From Candidatus Zhuqueibacterota bacterium (GTDB lineage Bacteria > Zhuqueibacterota > Zhuqueibacteria > Residuimicrobiales > Residuimicrobiaceae), in NCBI GenBank assembly GCA_016934435.1, contig JAFGSU010000516.1, forward strand, positions 1-58,799: a stretch of DNA of 58,799 nucleotides. Direction: 5' to 3'. The notes under the pieces were generated by a model. That model saw only the letters and a list, made by a program, of their open reading frames with translations. It ran no database searches and had not been told where the DNA came from. The position numbers and the translations under genes are program-made. This document shows, piece by piece, positions 57,001 to 58,799 of the stretch (position 1 is the stretch's first letter; every line of letters starts with the position of its first letter).

Positions 57001-57353
57001 CCGGGATTGTTCAGCCAGCTCATCAACGGGGCATTGCCGCCGGAGATGATGAATTCACCCGAACCGCTGACCGTCCATTCAACCTGTACCCAGACATCTT
57101 TGGCCAGAAACTCATTAAACTCATTGGGTACATCTACTACAGCCGTTACCAACTGTGCCTGCAATTCGGCATCAACGGGATCGACACTCGCGTTGAAAAC
57201 CGAACCCGTTGTCACAATCCGGTGAAAATGTGGATACCCTTGCGGATTGCTCCACCACCATGGCGTGTTTGCGGCCCAGGAAAACTGTACGGTGATCAAA
57301 ACAACCGAACAGACCAGCAGCAAAAGCCAGCTTTTTGAAAACAGGACTTTCAT
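54078..57353 (-). CDS. Secreted protein with four tandem GEVED-type domains and a T9SS/FlgD-Ig-like C-terminal sorting domain
   Basis: 1091 aa with a signal peptide (LLLLVCSVVLITVQFSWA). There are 4 repeats of about 177 aa, each running DFGDAP...DG(G/A)RH...ADGDDLD.DGDDED...GWID...RFRL...APDGEVEDY. The C-terminus is QNYPNPFNPQTKINY...GIYNLRGQLV...WDGRDDTGQLMPSGTYLYRIKV. Confidence 0.9.
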   Translation of the reverse strand: MKVLFSKSWLLLLVCSVVLITVQFSWAANTPWWWSNPQGYPHFHRIVTTGSVFNASVDPVDAELQAQLVTAVVDVPNEFNEFLAKDVWVQVEWTVSGSGEFIISGGNAPLMSWLNNPGACPVNPRDPFPTPDGQGQLMDQDVFTPAHGFDNGREFSFDGIIPQPACERLLFNFIIDPDSRIDYRIEVQTICLELDWGDAPDDPGVATDYPTLSSSDGARHAIVPGFNMGTAIDRDPDGQPNVNADGDDLDSEGDDEDAIDTTPIQLLVGMTPSISIPVTADVNTTYTVRGWIDLDGNGSWADPGESASVTATGPGTVVLNFTQAPSAAILLTYARFRLSTSDTSIAEPTGIAPDGEVEDYTVTSIEQPQDLDFGDAPTNGFNYPVMFEQDGGRHTIVPNFYLGSSVDMDTNGQPTGDADGDDLDIDGDDEDITTDTNITLAVGVIPSFSVPVVAPIGQSFSVSCWIDMNDDGDWDDSDEFAQASGVGTGGTTYITVTFPQAPTIPTDRTYIRFRLCSQESYIMSPAGEAPDGEVEDYTATILSDQGLLDFGDVPPDGNNYPLMLSENGGRHIILSNFHIGDAIDMDTNGQGNAEADGDDLDIDGDDEDAFVSTTVTLSVGVIPSFSIPIMAPVGQSYSLSGWIDLNADGDWTDVDEFAQTSGTGTGALSNVNLVFPTAPAIPITRTYMRLRLCSDASFIMTPAGEAPDGEVEDYVVIIEETQPDIDFGDAPDPNYPSLLASDGARHTILPGLLMGSLIDGETDSHQLAGDAAGDDDDDGNDDEDGVDPAQLVFTEGQSRNVTVNVSTPAFMTVYVYGWVDYNGDQVWDASEQASGQWTGTGAGQVILMYPVVPAGSATQTSGHSYARFRVSSNSAAIALPTGPAPDGEVEDYPVDILVPVELSSFTAVFVNNTVQLDWTTQTETENLGFHVFRSASLEGNYNRITQNMIPGAGTSQSVHHYQFTDQTFQPGKAYYYKLADINYNGVMTMHGPLTVQTAPQNYGLDQNYPNPFNPQTKINYKMMQAGDVELGIYNLRGQLVRRLVSRQVSAGEHSVIWDGRDDTGQLMPSGTYLYRIKVNDFEETKKMELLK
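54654..56774 (-). repeat. In-frame tandem coding repeats (4 units, ~531-nt period) inside the GEVED gene
   Basis: My hand count places the units at aa 194-370, 371-547, 548-724 and 725-900. Units 2 and 3 are the most similar, for example NGQ...ADGDDLDIDGDDED and GVIPSFS(V/I)P. Confidence 0.85.
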
Positions 57354-57403
57354 GTTGTGCCTCTCTTCTTTAAATATTTGTAAGTAATTTTTTTAAATAA
57401 TAT

Positions 57404-57430
57404 ATTTTACTATGCTTGTTATGTTGTCAA
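57404..57430 (-). promoter_or_regulatory. Candidate sigma70-type promoter for the GEVED gene (minus strand TTGACA-15-TAAAAT)
   Basis: The minus strand reads TTGACA (57430-57425), a 15-nt spacer, then TAAAAT (57409-57404). The spacer is short. AGAGAGG lies before the ATG at 57353. Confidence 0.35.
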
Positions 57431-57476
57431 ATTTGATATTAACCCGCAAACTAAACTGAATAGGAACCGAATCGGT
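57429..57476 (+). repeat. Short variant (D) of the intergenic element, retaining the ACCGAATCGGT palindrome
   Basis: AAATTTGATATTAACCCGCAAAC...GGAACCGAATCGGT aligns to the two ends of copy C with the centre missing. The palindrome is at 57466-57476. Confidence 0.6.
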
Positions 57477-57858
57477 GAGAATTTTATGTTCAAGGGTAAA
57501 ATCGATTGTTGTCGATTGTTTCCTTTTAAAAGCAACTTGCTATTCTCTGGTTGTTACCTTTATGTCCTTTGTTTGAGTGGCAATGAGGCATGATTGCCAT
57601 AAAGCCCTCATATTTATTGTCAAGAATGTGATATAAAATCTATAAAAACAGTAATGAAAATTATGAGATATTATTATTTTTCTTTGACGCAGGGTAATTA
57701 TTCAAAAAACGTACCAGTAATAATCATTGGCGAGAAGGCCTCCTGTAGATGACCTCTTAAATTCTGGTGGATGGTCGTACAACTGTTGTTGCTTTTTTCA
57801 AGCTACTTTGGTAAATTACCTTTAATGTAATTAATGTAATAAAGGCGGATTGATTTCT

Positions 57859-58799
57859 ATGAAACAAACCAGTAAAAAAACGAAAGTTGGGCGGGATGAG
57901 AAAAGCGATGTTGTAGTTGAACTGACTCCTGCCAAGTCGGGTGGCTTGCGCGTGACGCTGGAGAGTTCGGTGAAGGATCTTTTTGGAGAGCAGATAGAGC
58001 GTACGGTTCTGAATACGCTTCAGGCTCTGGGTGTACAACATGCACAGATTCATTTGCAAGACAACGGTGCGTTGGATTTTGTCATTCAGGCGCGCATCGA
58101 GGCGGCAGCGCGTCAAGCAGGGCACGTTGTCGAACTCGAAAGATCAGAAGGCAGGAAGAAGAAAGGATTCAGGGATCGATTACGCCGAACGCGACTTTAC
58201 CTTCCCGGAAACAATCCGGATCTCATGATTAATGCGGGATTATTTGCCGCAGATTGCCTCATTCTTGATCTGGAGGATTCTGTGGCTCCGTCGGATAAGT
58301 TCGCTGCTCGTATCCTGGTGCGCAACGCCCTCATAAAGCTGGATTTTGGCGCCTCCGAACGAATCGTGCGAATCAATCCACTTTCCTCTCCGTTCGGGAA
58401 GGAAGACCTGGAAATGATCGTACCGGCTCTGCCGGACACGCTTTTAATACCAAAGTGTGAAACGGCAAAAGATGTGCTTGCAGTGGATCGTATGGTGACG
58501 GAATTAGAGAAGAAGGCAAGGGTTTCGGCTCCCCTTTATTTTATGCCTTTGATCGAATCGGCAAAGGGGGTCTGGCATGCGTTTGAAATTGCCTCCGCTT
58601 CGCCAAGGAATGTCGCGCTCTGTTTTGGCGCCGAAGATTTTACCGCAGATATCGGAGCCGAGCGCACGGTGGAAGGTACAGAAAGTTTTGTAGCAAAATC
58701 CCTCGTTTTGCTGGCGGCAAAAGCTGCAGGTTTGCAGGCCATCGATACGGTTTTCTCCGACGTGCAAGATATGGAAGGCCTGGTTGCCGGCACGCAAGA
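57859..58799 (+). CDS. Citrate lyase acyl-carrier (gamma, CitD) fused in frame to citrate lyase beta subunit/citryl-CoA lyase (CitE); 3' end lies outside the window
   Basis: This ORF is not in the supplied ORF track because it has no stop in the window. My hand translation from the ATG at 57859 gives MKQTSKKTKVGRDEKSDVVVELTP...TLESSVKDLFGEQIERTVLNTL...DNGALDFVIQARIEAA (CitD-like). It continues ...RRTRLYLPGNNPDLMINAGLFAADCLILDLEDSVAP...RINPL...LLIPKCETAKDV...MPLIESAKGV...FGAEDFTADIG...AIDTVFSDVQDMEGL (CitE-like). I found no stop between the two parts. Confidence 0.85.
   Translation, partial: MKQTSKKTKVGRDEKSDVVVELTPAKSGGLRVTLESSVKDLFGEQIERTVLNTLQALGVQHAQIHLQDNGALDFVIQARIEAAARQAGHVVELERSEGRKKKGFRDRLRRTRLYLPGNNPDLMINAGLFAADCLILDLEDSVAPSDKFAARILVRNALIKLDFGASERIVRINPLSSPFGKEDLEMIVPALPDTLLIPKCETAKDVLAVDRMVTELEKKARVSAPLYFMPLIESAKGVWHAFEIASASPRNVALCFGAEDFTADIGAERTVEGTESFVAKSLVLLAAKAAGLQAIDTVFSDVQDMEGLVAGTQ

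Noticed and set aside
57486-57593. A 35-aa Cys-rich ORF (MFKGKIDCCRLFPF...) starting 9 nt after the copy D palindrome, with a GGTGA-like Shine-Dalgarno.
   Set aside because: There is no equivalent ORF after copies A-C. The sequence also contains the direct-repeat DNA motif, and there is no support beyond an open frame. It is not called as a gene.

Overview
A 58.8-kb chromosomal segment from a Gram-negative bacterium. GC looks mid-40s % by eye; I did not compute it. Several signals fit an FCB-superphylum-like lineage: a T9SS/FlgD-Ig type C-terminal sorting domain, GEVED repeats, and a YbeY motif ending GYTD instead of GYDH. This placement is an inference only. I saw no rRNA, tRNA, CRISPR array, transposase, integrase or phage genes. 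Genes from 1 to 47967 all lie on the + strand. In order, the content is: (1) atpG(partial)-atpD-atpC. (2) Two giant TPR/coiled-coil envelope proteins followed by a small secreted protein, ExbB/TolQ, 2x ExbD/TolR and an AgmX/PglI-type TonB-like protein. (3) aspS. (4) A coiled-coil lipoprotein and a LysM protein. (5) phoH-like, 7TM-HD (PgpH-like) and ybeY. (6) A polytopic membrane protein, a GYF-MinD/ParA-Cys-motif ATPase, and TrkH/TrkA. (7) Hsp20 and Lon. (8) An envelope block: UDP-sugar pyrophosphorylase, AsmA/YdbH-like giant, YdbL/DUF1318 and a GT-C glycosyltransferase. (9) A 2827-aa secreted PD40-TPR-(degenerate CHAT)-TPR-CHAT protein with a histidine kinase, an OmpR-type regulator and a secreted tandem jelly-roll protein. 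(10) A ChlI-like AAA+ / VWA pair with no large chelatase subunit in view. (11) A GlgD-like/GlgC pair, a YbaK-type deacylase and a flavin reductase. (12) A secreted 4x GEVED-repeat T9SS substrate. (13) A CitD-CitE (citrate lyase ACP-beta) fusion ORF that runs off the 3' end and is missing from the supplied ORF track. The least explained signal is a modular intergenic sequence family. It has three gap-free ~82-nt copies plus three shorter or diverged copies. The four + strand copies with the intact 3' block end in the perfect palindrome ACCGAATCGGT. Two full copies lie just downstream of near-consensus sigma70-type promoters, which places them in 5' leaders. It could be a new cis-regulatory RNA, an operator or a REP/MITE-like repeat; the sequence alone cannot decide.
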